Source: a virus. Taken from it: a stretch of DNA of 64,000 nucleotides. Every line of letters begins with the position of its first letter. Position 1 is the first letter of the stretch. The notes under the pieces were generated by a model, which was given only the letters and a program-made list of their open reading frames with translations, was not told where the DNA came from and did not search any database. Positions 46,601-55,576 of the stretch are shown here, piece by piece. The DNA lies in IMG/VR virus record IMGVR_UViG_3300027833_000035, positions 1 through 64,000 of that record, one strand, 5' to 3'. Position numbers and translations under genes: made by a program.

Positions 46601-49068
46601 TATGCATCATCAGTACCATTAAGTTGTAATGATCCATCTATGTGAAGTTTACTATCTGTTTTTGTACCACTATTTAATAACGGAGTATTATCGTGTTGAG
46701 TATATGCAACTGAGTCATTACCAATTGTAATATCCCCAGTACTTAACATTGCTAATCTTGTTGATGCACCACTATCGTAGAAGTAAACTCCTTGGTCTGC
46801 ATCAGATACAAAGTACGCATTCTTTGAACTATCACCTCTAATAGAGAACGCCGCTGCGCCATCTGCTAAGAATTCTGACCAATATCCATTTTTACCTGAG
46901 AATGGATTACCACCCATATCAATTCTGTTAAGTGATAATAGTGATAGTCCACCAGTATTACCAGCAATTGAAATTGTAGGGTTAGTAGTCGCACCTAATC
47001 CAGCATATGGCGCGATCATAATTCCGCCAGTACCTGAGTTATTATCTACAAGGTTAAAGTCTGTACCTGCGCCAACATTAATACGTCCACCAACTCTAAG
47101 CGAGTCAGCAGCACCAGTTTGACCAAGATCCAAGAAGTTTGTTGTTCCTGATGTATCATAATATACTGGTGCTTTCATATTGTCAACGGCTGTTACGCCA
47201 GTATCTCTTACGAATAATCTATCACTACCACCAGTTCTAACTTTAAACTCGTTTGCGGAAGAGAATGTAATTAATGTATCAGCATCACCTTGGTGAATAA
47301 TGTCACCTTGTAAACTGATGTTGTTCATTACTGATGTACCAGCAAAGTCGCCGTAATATGAGTTATTATCAGAGTCAACAAACTGTGGTGCAAGAACATT
47401 ATATGTAAATGTCGCGTTTGTAGCATTAAGAGTTAATCGTGCAACCCCATTTGTTGTAAATGTCTGTACATCTGTACCAAAAGAAATTTTATTATTAGTA
47501 TCACCATTATGGAATAAGTCGTCATTAATACCAAGGCTATTAAATACTGATGAACCAGCTGGATCGGCATAAAAGTTATTATCGCTTGAGTCAAGGAACC
47601 TTGGTGCGATTAAATCAACTGATGATGTAACTGCTGTATCAGTGATTGATAATCTAACTGAGCCACCCGTTGCTAAATCAATTTGATTAGTACCAAATGA
47701 TAACTTAGTATCGGTATCACCGTTATGGAAAAGATCGCTATCAATTCCAATTGTATTCATTACTGATGTACCAGCAAAGTCACCAAGATACGCATTATTG
47801 CCACTATCTAAATAACGAGGAGCTTTTACATCAACTAACGCTTCAACTGCAGTGTTATTAATTAATAGCCTTTGCCCTGCACCAGTATATACTTCGAATT
47901 GATTAGCAGCTGGGAAATTAATATACGTATCAGCATCGCCATCGTGTGATATAGTTCCAACAAGTTCAATATTATTTAACCTTGATGTATCGGACGGCCA
48001 AGACAAATATGTATTATCATCAGAGTCTAAAAATTTATCAGCAATAAGATTACGGCCAACAGTCCAATCACCATTTAAATCTGAATATGTTTGATAAGCA
48101 AAGACTCCATCAAGGAAACCAATTTTACCGTTATCAGAAGAAAGAACTCTATTGTTACCCGCACCGCGCATAGTAAGTAGGGCCGAACCAGTTCCGTTAC
48201 CGATAGCAACCGTTCCTTCAAACTCTAAATTACCCGTAGCAATGTCATTAACATCTGAGCGAATAAACTGTGAAGCTTCTAATCCGTCAACGGTATCAGC
48301 ATCAAAGTTATTACCAGAACCTTCGTCGTCTGTTGTAATAATACGACCAATGTCTGTACCATTTGATATTAGTTTAAACCAATCGTCTGTCTCGTCCCAT
48401 TGTAAAGATGATGTTGCTAAACCTCCACGAAGAACTTCCCAACCAGCGTTTTCTGTTGGTGTACCAGTAGTAAAGTTTGAATTGAGTGTAATAATATTAT
48501 CAGCAATTAAAACCGTTTCTGATTGAACCTCGACGCGTGTACCTTGTACTGTAAGGTTACCAGTGATAATATAATCACCGTCCATCGTATCATTTTGATC
48601 CGACCTTACAAAACTTCCACTATCAATTCCATCAAGTAAATCGGCATCTAAACCAGATCCTGTGCCGTCGTTTCCAGCGTACCAAATATCTTCGCCATTA
48701 ACTGTTGGAGCACGTTTAAAATCAATACCAGTTGACGTAAATGCTAAATCAATAGAACCACTATATGTAACAGCAATTCCATCAGTACCATTATTAAATG
48801 TAATACCGTTATTGCCATTGTCTATTGAATAATCATTTGGTGTTGGATTTGAAACATTTAAACTGTTTGCGTTACCAATAAAGCTGGTAATTACTGAACC
48901 ATTGCCGCCATCGTTTGTTATTGTAACTGGTATACCTGAAGAATTACTAAAATCAGCTGTTCCTGATACTTGTAATTTATTTGTGCCGTCGTCGGATGTT
49001 GTGCCGATTAGAACGTTATTCTCAGATTGAAGTCCGTTCTTTACTATGAATTTCTTATCATTTGCCAT
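40690..49068 (-). CDS. giant repetitive tail fibre with C-terminal intramolecular chaperone/autocleavage-like domain
   Basis: DKKFIVKNGL start, LDADLLDG, about 19 (F/Y)YDSxN..YYxDxAxTS repeats, C-terminal ATSARWADLAERY...GVISTNPA...IALKGRIP. Confidence 0.85.
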   Translation of the reverse strand: MANDKKFIVKNGLQSENNVLIGTTSDDGTNKLQVSGTADFSNSSGIPVTITNDGGNGSVITSFIGNANSLNVSNPTPNDYSIDNGNNGITFNNGTDGIAVTYSGSIDLAFTSTGIDFKRAPTVNGEDIWYAGNDGTGSGLDADLLDGIDSGSFVRSDQNDTMDGDYIITGNLTVQGTRVEVQSETVLIADNIITLNSNFTTGTPTENAGWEVLRGGLATSSLQWDETDDWFKLISNGTDIGRIITTDDEGSGNNFDADTVDGLEASQFIRSDVNDIATGNLEFEGTVAIGNGTGSALLTMRGAGNNRVLSSDNGKIGFLDGVFAYQTYSDLNGDWTVGRNLIADKFLDSDDNTYLSWPSDTSRLNNIELVGTISHDGDADTYINFPAANQFEVYTGAGQRLLINNTAVEALVDVKAPRYLDSGNNAYLGDFAGTSVMNTIGIDSDLFHNGDTDTKLSFGTNQIDLATGGSVRLSITDTAVTSSVDLIAPRFLDSSDNNFYADPAGSSVFNSLGINDDLFHNGDTNNKISFGTDVQTFTTNGVARLTLNATNATFTYNVLAPQFVDSDNNSYYGDFAGTSVMNNISLQGDIIHQGDADTLITFSSANEFKVRTGGSDRLFVRDTGVTAVDNMKAPVYYDTSGTTNFLDLGQTGAADSLRVGGRINVGAGTDFNLVDNNSGTGGIMIAPYAGLGATTNPTISIAGNTGGLSLLSLNRIDMGGNPFSGKNGYWSEFLADGAAAFSIRGDSSKNAYFVSDADQGVYFYDSGASTRLAMLSTGDITIGNDSVAYTQHDNTPLLNSGTKTDSKLHIDGSLQLNGTDDAYVVGNGTATFLRMDELGFGQGGGFYMNDANNLRVRNNKTLTSTGNASFAQYLDANDVLYYGDFASTSRMNNISLVGEIIHDGDTNTKIGFGADQIIFTAGGTAQLDVYTTYAEAATDMRSPIFSDAGGTFKFEPNTSNAHRFTTPTGYLDIGSKVAGSAQFDTDRALFLFNKRVNFNGGISAADANDMAYFPTYYDYNNNAYYGDFAGTSVMNRIDIDDYIRHNGDADTYFGFSAAGIYKLFINNTERLNIDDNSADFNLDVYAPRYYDSGNNAYYLDPASTSILNVVRTNQIQMDGSSLTIDSPSGPKGTIMVEGERDGYAGYMISNDWGFISSGATEMGLYNETDNEWSLVANRNNFTRLYSNNIHQIGAENGYGSAPNSMRSPIFYDLDNSAFYADLAGQSRLKSVKAGDSAIFNNTTYPLEVKSTQQRLIVLQNTAADANFPSIFHKTRNSRSAMGISFNNIGERFWFSENGDIQAYGAGIFGSLALNGGNENLGLLKSYGAGLADLKMFDASDYWDKRVIQPMQGVENNATTSTGEYVLNGDGPFASSYALRSNGYRSFDSDFIPVEPGETIYAEQAVRRISGTGGLFYLGVRRYDKNKNPIATNDGISYFAASAINHTATGWTQYSGEHVVPTTHTPYNGSDGEGVRFVRLISLMNYAPNGATREFGPPILKRTDAQSSLKAAGLTIVNDATIGNDLTVTGDISADNISANIIDAGRFRDLNDTNYYIEPKGPSKVGGNWDWTNGNINNVNKLTFNDPGPSEGLAWNGGNLWQIYESPNDFATNVGGNLQFTTGAGNGVYRLRVESDGDVWAGRYSYAQRFYDSNNSAYYADPASTSVFNEIRANEYIRHNGDTDTYIRFIGADDMQLVAGGTQMLRMAEGTNPDRLRFVTDSNWTDANGDWAMSRNVVVSGTHTALNGSYASRFYDSDDNAYYLDPASTSLTNILRANAVQFGGATYQLDATTGTYGSISVTGNKGGYAGYAINDDWVFMSSGAGVAGIFNDTNDEWAQIFRQNGDVELYYNGEEQASTKDGFFLGVNQLRSPIWYDSDNTAYKIDGNGTSRLLTLQVDNVIQGNVNGYAGSLLRKDNRIIEPNEDTAGRLTFGFTSWNNNNTAPYADYLHLRSYTDSSGGSDNLLMFKKSGRGMRLWQQSWNSGTAYSSYSDIAIYNANPGGGTSSYFYASRLVDSDDTSFYVDPSSTSKVDVIQFADGGEAQFITNAGNVRGYIQATDTNDAHLIIATSGGEDIAFRDGGLSGTTNLLVRGDGNIFVTGGTYSGRYYDRDSTGYYGDFASTSVMHTLDIRSEVYNDGWFRNDTNGRGLYNTATGQHFYSDNDDYWNVAGGGSANGIRFRDDNGSTIRGYVYANNSNDIGFLNQSGSWALRTRSGTTEVYGDIYANTYYDRNNSAYFLNPAGDNNFAGDIRANRFVHKDDVSQNDQFGLYFGSNESTAYAIYREGGGWTYPYPDLRIAFHTGIKMGANASYNGMRFYDDYTMNTQVMSINNGSDPLGANDVYVNNSLQAGSSLRAPIFYDSNDTNRYTNPASTSQMSTIEWDQLNARDRGDFITFYGNDSTYHSISSRDSGGGVSDDLRFNSYHDIFFNLDSNNNNTTGSTGFYVGMHGNATDSISGWYFQAMCDGNSYASSSFRAPIFYDRDNTGYYCNPSSGSNFNDYVRANEIYARNWFRNDGQREGIYNQQTGVHAYSYQGQYYAITGNNNSSSMSLQLRATYNGTMCRWMYGDRTWSGDLNAAGQWQLRTRHQDGYSPCIRFEESGNESWTGNPGNDVGKIEYHSNRFYITSGGNSNRICQFRQNGSDRSYIDNGGLYVGTATSARWADLAERYSADAVYENATVMGINIEGDSEVTKWEPGMPLAGVISTNPAVQMNDMGIEPGSTSTKALMNPFIALKGRIPCLVSEDVKKGQWVIPAGDGKAKGVDYGTPGINSYEIIGIAISDSENGEVEVKV

Positions 49069-49106
49069 TCGGTTCACTCTCCCCAGTTAGGCTTTATTCT
49101 TAAATC

Positions 49107-49114
49107 TATTTATA
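49107..49114 (-). promoter_or_regulatory. T4-type late promoter for tail fibre/precursor/rSAM operon
   Basis: TATTTATA on + strand, in context AATCTATTTATAA shared with 26951 and 55506. Confidence 0.75.
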
Positions 49115-49118
49115 ACGA

Positions 49119-51224
49119 TTATTTAATCAGTGTGCCAGCAATTTTATATACGTGTGATGATGCAGAACTTGATGTTACGTTTAACTTAACAACTGGTCCG
49201 TCAATTTCAACTTCAAACGTCGCTAACTCTGTATTCGTAAATACCACACCATATTCAGTAGCAATCGCGGTTGAACCGTCATGTGTAACCAACAATTTAG
49301 TTATTTGACGATCAGATCCTTCGGTTACTGTGACTGTATATTCTGCACCAGTAAAACTACTATGTGGGAATGCGTGTACATTAGTAGAGCTTGTAGACGT
49401 CGTTGTAGTCGTAGCTGATATAAACGTAGAATAATTTAAACTTAAATTACCCTCAACCGTTAAGTTACCTGTAATTGTATCACCAGTAACATTAACAAAT
49501 CTGTTATCAGCTTCGGTTTCAGTATAATATCGACTATCTAACTGACCACCATCTAATTCTGTTTCAGTATAATATCTGCTATCTAATTGGCCGTTATCTA
49601 ATTCAGTCTCTGTGTAATAAAGGCTATTAAGTTGACCGCCGTCTAGCTCAGCCTCTGTATAATAAAGGCTATTAAGTTGACCTGCATCTAATTCTGTTTC
49701 AGTATAATAACGACTATCAAGTTCACCAGCATCTAACTCTGATTCAGTGTAGTATCTGTTATCGAGTTGACCTGCGTCTAATTCTGTTTCAGTGTAATAA
49801 AAATCATCAAAGTGTGTAGTTGCTGTACCCGTAACGTGACCATATGTATCAAACGTTAAACCGGTAATTGCTCTGCCTGTAGCCAAAGAAATATCAACAA
49901 CTGAAGATGTATCATCGTGGTTTATTGTAATTGTTGTTGGAGTAGAATCATTTAAGTTAAAACTACCAGAACCATCTAACCCAGTTCCACCTTGAACTGT
50001 AACTGAAGCATTACCAATTTGATTTGCCGCGGTATTTGCTGCTTGAGATAAAATATCTGATGCATGTAAACCATCCAATAAGTCAGCATCAAGTGAAGAA
50101 CCCGTACCATCATTTGAAGTATCAAAGAAACCAAGTGTTCTAATATCGGCAGCATCCTGATCCGCGGTAGCACCGGCCTCGATTAAATCAAGCTTTGCAC
50201 CATCAACAGAAAGATCCCTGCCATCAACAGTTCCAGCGGTCGTAATATCACCTGTCGTAATATCAGTAAATGTATTTAATAAAGTATTATAATCTGTTGT
50301 ACTTGTGCTAAGAACTAACGTGTTGTTTGCTGAATACCATTGAAAATCAGAAACACCTGACACAGCAGCTTCACCTGCTACGGTTAATCGTCCATCCTCA
50401 TCAACAGTAAATGTTGGGATTGCGGTAGATGAACCATACGATCCTGCAGTTACACCAGTATTTGCAAGCTCAGTTGTTACTGTCATTACGCCAGTATTTG
50501 AACTTGCTGTACCTGTAACTTTACCAGTTAATGTAAGATCCAATCCATCTTCTAATAAATCTAACTTTGCACCATCAGTAGCAATATCTCGTCCATCTAC
50601 CAAACCTGTTACTGTAATATTTCCAATAACACCAAGGCCTGTAAATGTATTAATAAGAGTATCATAATAATTCCCATCAGCAGTACCAATGGTAAAAGTA
50701 TTATTTGCGATAGTCCATGTGGTGTTTGCTACACCTGCAACTGAAACCGTACTAGCAGTCGTAATTCGTCCATCTTCATCAACCGAGAAAACGGGAACAA
50801 GAGAAGCCGAACCATATGACCCTGCGGTTACGCCAGTGTTTGCCAACTCTGTTGTGAGCGTCATAACACCAGTATTTGAGAATGCGTTACCTGTTACTTT
50901 ACCATTTAATGTTAGGTCTAAAGTTGCAGGTGGTACATTCGTAAAATTATTATAATCTAAATAGTATGCACCTGACTCACCATCAAAAAGGTCAGCATCA
51001 AGGCCTGAACCTGCGCCGTCAACTGTTTTGATAAGGGTGAGAATTGCATTGGCATCTAAGTCTGCCGATACATCAATAATTGATTCGGTGTTTGCAACGG
51101 CGTCGTATTTTTTAAAATATAGTTTACCATCAGCTGTGTTGATAGCGATTTCGCCAAGTTCCAACTGTGCAATTGTAGGTACGCGTCCCGCAACCGAACT
51201 GCGTCGTAATTTTATTGTTGACAT
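49119..51224 (-). CDS. tail fibre-like virion protein
   Basis: IKLRRSSVAGRVP...GEIAINTADGKLYFK N-terminus, LDADLLDG, VTAGSYGS, DGRDI..DGAKLD fibre motifs. Confidence 0.8.
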   Translation of the reverse strand: MSTIKLRRSSVAGRVPTIAQLELGEIAINTADGKLYFKKYDAVANTESIIDVSADLDANAILTLIKTVDGAGSGLDADLFDGESGAYYLDYNNFTNVPPATLDLTLNGKVTGNAFSNTGVMTLTTELANTGVTAGSYGSASLVPVFSVDEDGRITTASTVSVAGVANTTWTIANNTFTIGTADGNYYDTLINTFTGLGVIGNITVTGLVDGRDIATDGAKLDLLEDGLDLTLTGKVTGTASSNTGVMTVTTELANTGVTAGSYGSSTAIPTFTVDEDGRLTVAGEAAVSGVSDFQWYSANNTLVLSTSTTDYNTLLNTFTDITTGDITTAGTVDGRDLSVDGAKLDLIEAGATADQDAADIRTLGFFDTSNDGTGSSLDADLLDGLHASDILSQAANTAANQIGNASVTVQGGTGLDGSGSFNLNDSTPTTITINHDDTSSVVDISLATGRAITGLTFDTYGHVTGTATTHFDDFYYTETELDAGQLDNRYYTESELDAGELDSRYYTETELDAGQLNSLYYTEAELDGGQLNSLYYTETELDNGQLDSRYYTETELDGGQLDSRYYTETEADNRFVNVTGDTITGNLTVEGNLSLNYSTFISATTTTTSTSSTNVHAFPHSSFTGAEYTVTVTEGSDRQITKLLVTHDGSTAIATEYGVVFTNTELATFEVEIDGPVVKLNVTSSSASSHVYKIAGTLIK
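49501..49800 (-). repeat. 45-bp tandem repeat (YYTETELDxGQLDSR, about 6.5 copies)
   Basis: Six full and one partial 15-aa units, also visible in DNA (ttcagtataata recurs). Confidence 0.9.
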
Positions 51225-51277
51225 ATGTATGTCCTTCTGTTATAATAGATATATATCTTAATAATTAATAATATAGT

Positions 51278-54200
51278 TTAAAACGTTCCACCGTCAATTT
51301 CATTAATCGCAATCGCGACATTACCCGCGGTTACTGTAGTATCAACCCCATCAGTACCTGTAAAGGTTAGATTAGTACCTAGAGATATATCAGATGTTGC
51401 ACCACTTTCATCAATAACTGTGAATGTTGGATTTTCTAATTTAGCATTAGTGATGTCACCATCTGTTATAGAAAATTCAGTACCAGTTAATGTTAACGCA
51501 CTTCCAGCAGAGTATGTACCCGCGCCAGAGAATTGATACCAAATAACATCATCAGTACCAAGAGCAAAAGTTTCAGCATCTGTTACCGTAGCAACGTAAC
51601 CAGTACTGTTATTTACAGCACCATCAGTTACGAATTGGAAAGCACCTGGAATTTCTGAGGTTTCATTAAAGTATTCGCCTCGTGTGATTACCCAGTCAGT
51701 GGATGCACCACCGATTGTAGTAAGTTCATAAGAACCATTTTCAAGTGAGTTTGTTTGATCCTTAACAAGTATTCTATCTCCAAGAGACCACGCAGCTACA
51801 CCATCAATGTCAAGTATAATATTAGCAGGAATAGTAAGAGTACCATTTCCATTATTATACGTAGCACCCAAATCGGCTGTTGTCGCCGCAAGCGCTGAAG
51901 GAATAACTCTTAATCCTTGAGCTGTACTATCAACATAACCTTTAGTTGCGGCATCTTGTATACTAACAGGGTCAACAAGGTCTTTAATTCGATTATTACT
52001 TACACTTATTTCATTTGTATCAGAATTAAGAGTTAAGTCGTGTCCAGTTGAGACGGCCGTAGAAATTGTTCTATTAGTTATTAATACTGAACCTGATTTT
52101 AAATCGCCATCAACTTCAAGTGCTTTAAATACAGAGTCTGTACCACCTGGATGTAAGAAGTAAGATGTAGCATCAGTATCAACAAATTTCTTAGCTCTTA
52201 CTTCATTGCCTACAATCCAGTTACTAGTGGATCTTTCTGCATAAGCAGAGAAGTTAAACGTATTATTAAGGAAACCAATTTTACCTTGACCGGCATAAAG
52301 CGTTGACTGAGAACCTGGACCGTCAGCCATTCCAATTTGTGAGAATGTTAAACCATAACCAACTCTTAGACCATTAAGTCTTGTTTCACCAGCAAAATCA
52401 CCATAGTAGTTATTATTATCTGAGTCAAAATATCTTGGAGCAAATACGTTACCAGAAAATGTAGCACCATTTGTTGTGGCGTATAGAGTATCTAAGAAAG
52501 AGTAATCAATTCCAATTAAAACATCAGCTGCCGCGCCTGCGCTTTGCGTGATTGTTAAACCAGAGTTTGCAGAAGCACCTATAACGTTTTCAACATAATC
52601 AGCTGTAATTGTCGCATTAATCGTCGTATCAGTTAGCCTTGTAACTTCTGCAGTACCAGATAAATCACCACCTAATGTAATGTTGAAGTTATCTGCAAAG
52701 AGGCTCATTACATCGTTAGGATCATCGTTTACTGCAAATACACCCCCACCATTTGCATTACCGTCTGTAAACATTAAGGCAATAATATCACGTGATGTTT
52801 CAGTAAAGTTTGGAATCGCGTTAGCTTGTAATTCTAATGGAATGTCTGTAGCAAAATCAATACGACCATCTTCAGTAATTCTGATACGAGGAGTAAATCC
52901 ATCAGTACCATACATTTCAGCAGAAACGCCAGTAACATCAAGTCCAATTTTTAATTCGTTGTTTGCGCTATCAATTTCCTGAAGTTCTAAACCACGACCA
53001 AGATTTAATGTTGGATTTTGTAGTAAATCAATATCTGTTAAATGTGTATTGGCACCGTCTTCAATCTGTAACTTAGATGAGAACTGTCCGCCAAGATAGT
53101 TAAGAGTAACTACATCACTAAGATTAACTGGGTCAGCAACATTAGTAATTGTATTATTTGCAGCATCAATATTTCCAGTAGGATCAAGTACTAAGTTAGC
53201 GTTTGAAACAATTTTGGTATTGACTTCTAAATTACCTGTGTTATAATTAAGTATAACTTCGTTAAGATTTTGGCCAAAGTTTAAATTACCAAGCTCATCA
53301 ATTTGCATTCTTTGAGTATTGGCAGTATAGAAATCTAAATCATTATTGTCAACGCCAGCAGCGGTTTCAGCAATGATATATGTATTTCTGTCGAGATCCA
53401 TAACTGAACCAGCAAGACCAGCCCAAGCAGTACCATCGTAACCTTCAAACCGAGCATCTTCAGTATTATAACGTAATCCACCAACGATACCAACTGGTCT
53501 TTCTGCAGTCGTACCTTTTGGCATAACCAATGCGCCATTAGTATCAATTCTAATTAACTCATCGTCTGAACCAAGTTTACCTGTAAAGATTTTATCAAAG
53601 TTATAATTTGCCGCACCAAGTGTTAAAGTGCCAGTTGCATTTGGTCTTAGAGAAGTTGATATGACAGGAACATTAACATCACCATAAAAAGTGGTAACGT
53701 TATTTGCATTCATCATAGCAACTCTAGAACCGCCAGTAAAGAATTGTAATTGATCGTCGTCAGACCCTGGACTATTCTCTGCTATAACCTTCGTGTCTTG
53801 GTCAACATCAACAGTACCACCCAGTCCTGCCCACGCAACACCATCATAACCTTCGAATTGGCTATCCTGAGTATTAAAGCGAATTTGACCAGTTGCTTCG
53901 GTTGGTCTTTCTAATGTTGTACCTTGTGGTAACCTAACTGCGGTTGTACCTGAGATTATTAAATCATCACCGATTGGATTGATTTGATCCAATGGCAGAG
54001 TTTGTGAAACACTAAATTGAGTTCCATTAAGATTTAAACCAGCGCCAGCTGTAAATGTACCTTCACCTTGGAACTGAGCCCAATCAACAGGATCAGTATT
54101 AAGATTAAAGTTAGCGGCATCAAGAACTGTAGAAACCCAACCTGTACCACCATTGATTGTACCATCGGTAACAAACTCATATGATCCTGGAAGATTTTCG

Positions 54201-55153
54201 CTTGTATTGAAATCAGCTCTTTGGAATATCCATTCAGTATTGGCAGAACCAACTTGGATTACATCATAAGAACCGTTTTGTGTTTTGTCTGTTTGGTCTT
54301 TAACAAGAAGGTTTTCACCAAGTGTCCATGTAGTAACATCATCAATATATAAAAAGTTAACTGGTGGAATAATAAGAGTATCACGTACAGTTGAGTTTCC
54401 TGTTTCAAACGTGGCACCTAAATCTTCTGTCGTCGCAGCAAGAGCTTGTGGTCTAACCACGAAACCTTGTACTAAATTATCAACATATCTTTTGTTGGTA
54501 GCATCTGTAGGAAGAATAGGATCTTCAAAAACTTTAATAGATGTTTCAACTCTATCTAATTCAAACTCGAGGTATGTTTTGTTAATTCCGTCAAATCCAT
54601 CAATAGGATCAAGTACACCAGTAATTCTATGGAAAGACATATCAATAACATTATTAGAACCTGGGTTAAATGTAATGTCACCGTTTGCAGTGTATGTTTT
54701 ATTAAATAGTTCAACACCGCCTGCTTCAAGAGTCGTAAGTCCAATTATATTATTTGAGGTCTCACCAAGAGTTAAGGCTGTTGTACCGAGTGTAATATCG
54801 TCTGTTGTAATTACATTATTAGCATAAGAAAAATTATCTTCACTAAATGAACGAGTATTGAATTGAGTAATGTGACCATATTGGTCTATATCAATATTAC
54901 CAGCAAATACTAAACCGGCGTTATTAGAACTTATTTCTGTTGATGTAGCTGCGTGTGATATGACAAGATTTGCATTTTCTACATTAAGTTCCGGCGTAAC
55001 AATAATACCTGAACCTGCATCAATCTTTGCAACGTATTGACCAACTGTATCAATACCGAGCGTAATGGAATCTGGCGTAATGAGTGGTTTTTTCTCAGCA
55101 GCAGCGACAATCCTAATCTTACCCGGGGCGCCTACTTTTACTTTAATGCTCAC
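51278..55153 (-). CDS. large tail fibre/virion structural protein
   Basis: Duplicated DA(A/T)xKxYVD...ALAATT...LVKDQT...NGSY modules; duplicated PxGTTxERP...RxNT...FEGYDG. Confidence 0.8.
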   Translation of the reverse strand: MSIKVKVGAPGKIRIVAAAEKKPLITPDSITLGIDTVGQYVAKIDAGSGIIVTPELNVENANLVISHAATSTEISSNNAGLVFAGNIDIDQYGHITQFNTRSFSEDNFSYANNVITTDDITLGTTALTLGETSNNIIGLTTLEAGGVELFNKTYTANGDITFNPGSNNVIDMSFHRITGVLDPIDGFDGINKTYLEFELDRVETSIKVFEDPILPTDATNKRYVDNLVQGFVVRPQALAATTEDLGATFETGNSTVRDTLIIPPVNFLYIDDVTTWTLGENLLVKDQTDKTQNGSYDVIQVGSANTEWIFQRADFNTSENLPGSYEFVTDGTINGGTGWVSTVLDAANFNLNTDPVDWAQFQGEGTFTAGAGLNLNGTQFSVSQTLPLDQINPIGDDLIISGTTAVRLPQGTTLERPTEATGQIRFNTQDSQFEGYDGVAWAGLGGTVDVDQDTKVIAENSPGSDDDQLQFFTGGSRVAMMNANNVTTFYGDVNVPVISTSLRPNATGTLTLGAANYNFDKIFTGKLGSDDELIRIDTNGALVMPKGTTAERPVGIVGGLRYNTEDARFEGYDGTAWAGLAGSVMDLDRNTYIIAETAAGVDNNDLDFYTANTQRMQIDELGNLNFGQNLNEVILNYNTGNLEVNTKIVSNANLVLDPTGNIDAANNTITNVADPVNLSDVVTLNYLGGQFSSKLQIEDGANTHLTDIDLLQNPTLNLGRGLELQEIDSANNELKIGLDVTGVSAEMYGTDGFTPRIRITEDGRIDFATDIPLELQANAIPNFTETSRDIIALMFTDGNANGGGVFAVNDDPNDVMSLFADNFNITLGGDLSGTAEVTRLTDTTINATITADYVENVIGASANSGLTITQSAGAAADVLIGIDYSFLDTLYATTNGATFSGNVFAPRYFDSDNNNYYGDFAGETRLNGLRVGYGLTFSQIGMADGPGSQSTLYAGQGKIGFLNNTFNFSAYAERSTSNWIVGNEVRAKKFVDTDATSYFLHPGGTDSVFKALEVDGDLKSGSVLITNRTISTAVSTGHDLTLNSDTNEISVSNNRIKDLVDPVSIQDAATKGYVDSTAQGLRVIPSALAATTADLGATYNNGNGTLTIPANIILDIDGVAAWSLGDRILVKDQTNSLENGSYELTTIGGASTDWVITRGEYFNETSEIPGAFQFVTDGAVNNSTGYVATVTDAETFALGTDDVIWYQFSGAGTYSAGSALTLTGTEFSITDGDITNAKLENPTFTVIDESGATSDISLGTNLTFTGTDGVDTTVTAGNVAIAINEIDGGTF

Positions 55154-55156
55154 TGG

Positions 55157-55483
55157 TTAAACCTCCGTGATCGTTGGAATAACTATCGCTAGTCCTTCAA
55201 CAATTTTAGACATCTCACCACTGGATTTTCTCATTAAAACATCATATTCATATTTCCCTGGCCTTAGATTAGCAGTAACATCCGCCTCTAAAACGAGTGT
55301 AATGTCGTTTTCGTTTTTCTCTACAACAAATTCTGCTGCGCGCTTTGATGAATACATTTTTCTTAAGTCTGCGAAAAAACTAAATGTGCTTATCACCAAA
55401 TCATCATCGTCTCCGTCGAACATTTCCAACGTGATACGAAAATCAGTACCTTGATCTATATAGATATTTGCTTTGGATCCCAT
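55157..55483 (-). CDS. small conserved virion protein
   Basis: ANIYIDQGTDF...RKMYSS...T..L.PGKYEYDV...IVEG. Confidence 0.75.
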   Translation of the reverse strand: MGSKANIYIDQGTDFRITLEMFDGDDDDLVISTFSFFADLRKMYSSKRAAEFVVEKNENDITLVLEADVTANLRPGKYEYDVLMRKSSGEMSKIVEGLAIVIPTITEV

Positions 55484-55509
55484 CTTCTCATCTCTTTATT
55501 AATTTAATC

Positions 55510-55517
55510 TATTTATA
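55510..55517 (-). promoter_or_regulatory. T4-type late promoter
   Basis: TATTTATA on + strand. Confidence 0.75.
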
Positions 55518-55549
55518 AAAAATAAGGGGATACAATTGCTTGACCCCCT
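55516..55549 (-). terminator. possible terminator after collagen fibre gene
   Basis: Minus strand AGGGGGTCAA-GCAA-TTGTATCCCCT then T-rich tract; imperfect stem. Confidence 0.45.
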
Positions 55550-55576
55550 CACTTATCATGGTTGAGATATGCAAAA

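Noticed and set aside
40690-49068. Diversity-generating retroelement or invertible cassette acting on the fibre
   Set aside because: No reverse transcriptase or invertase in the window and no adenine-specific template/variable repeat pair noticed
49501-49800. 45-bp periodic repeats as a CRISPR array
   Set aside because: In-frame coding tandem repeats with synonymous variation and no unique spacers
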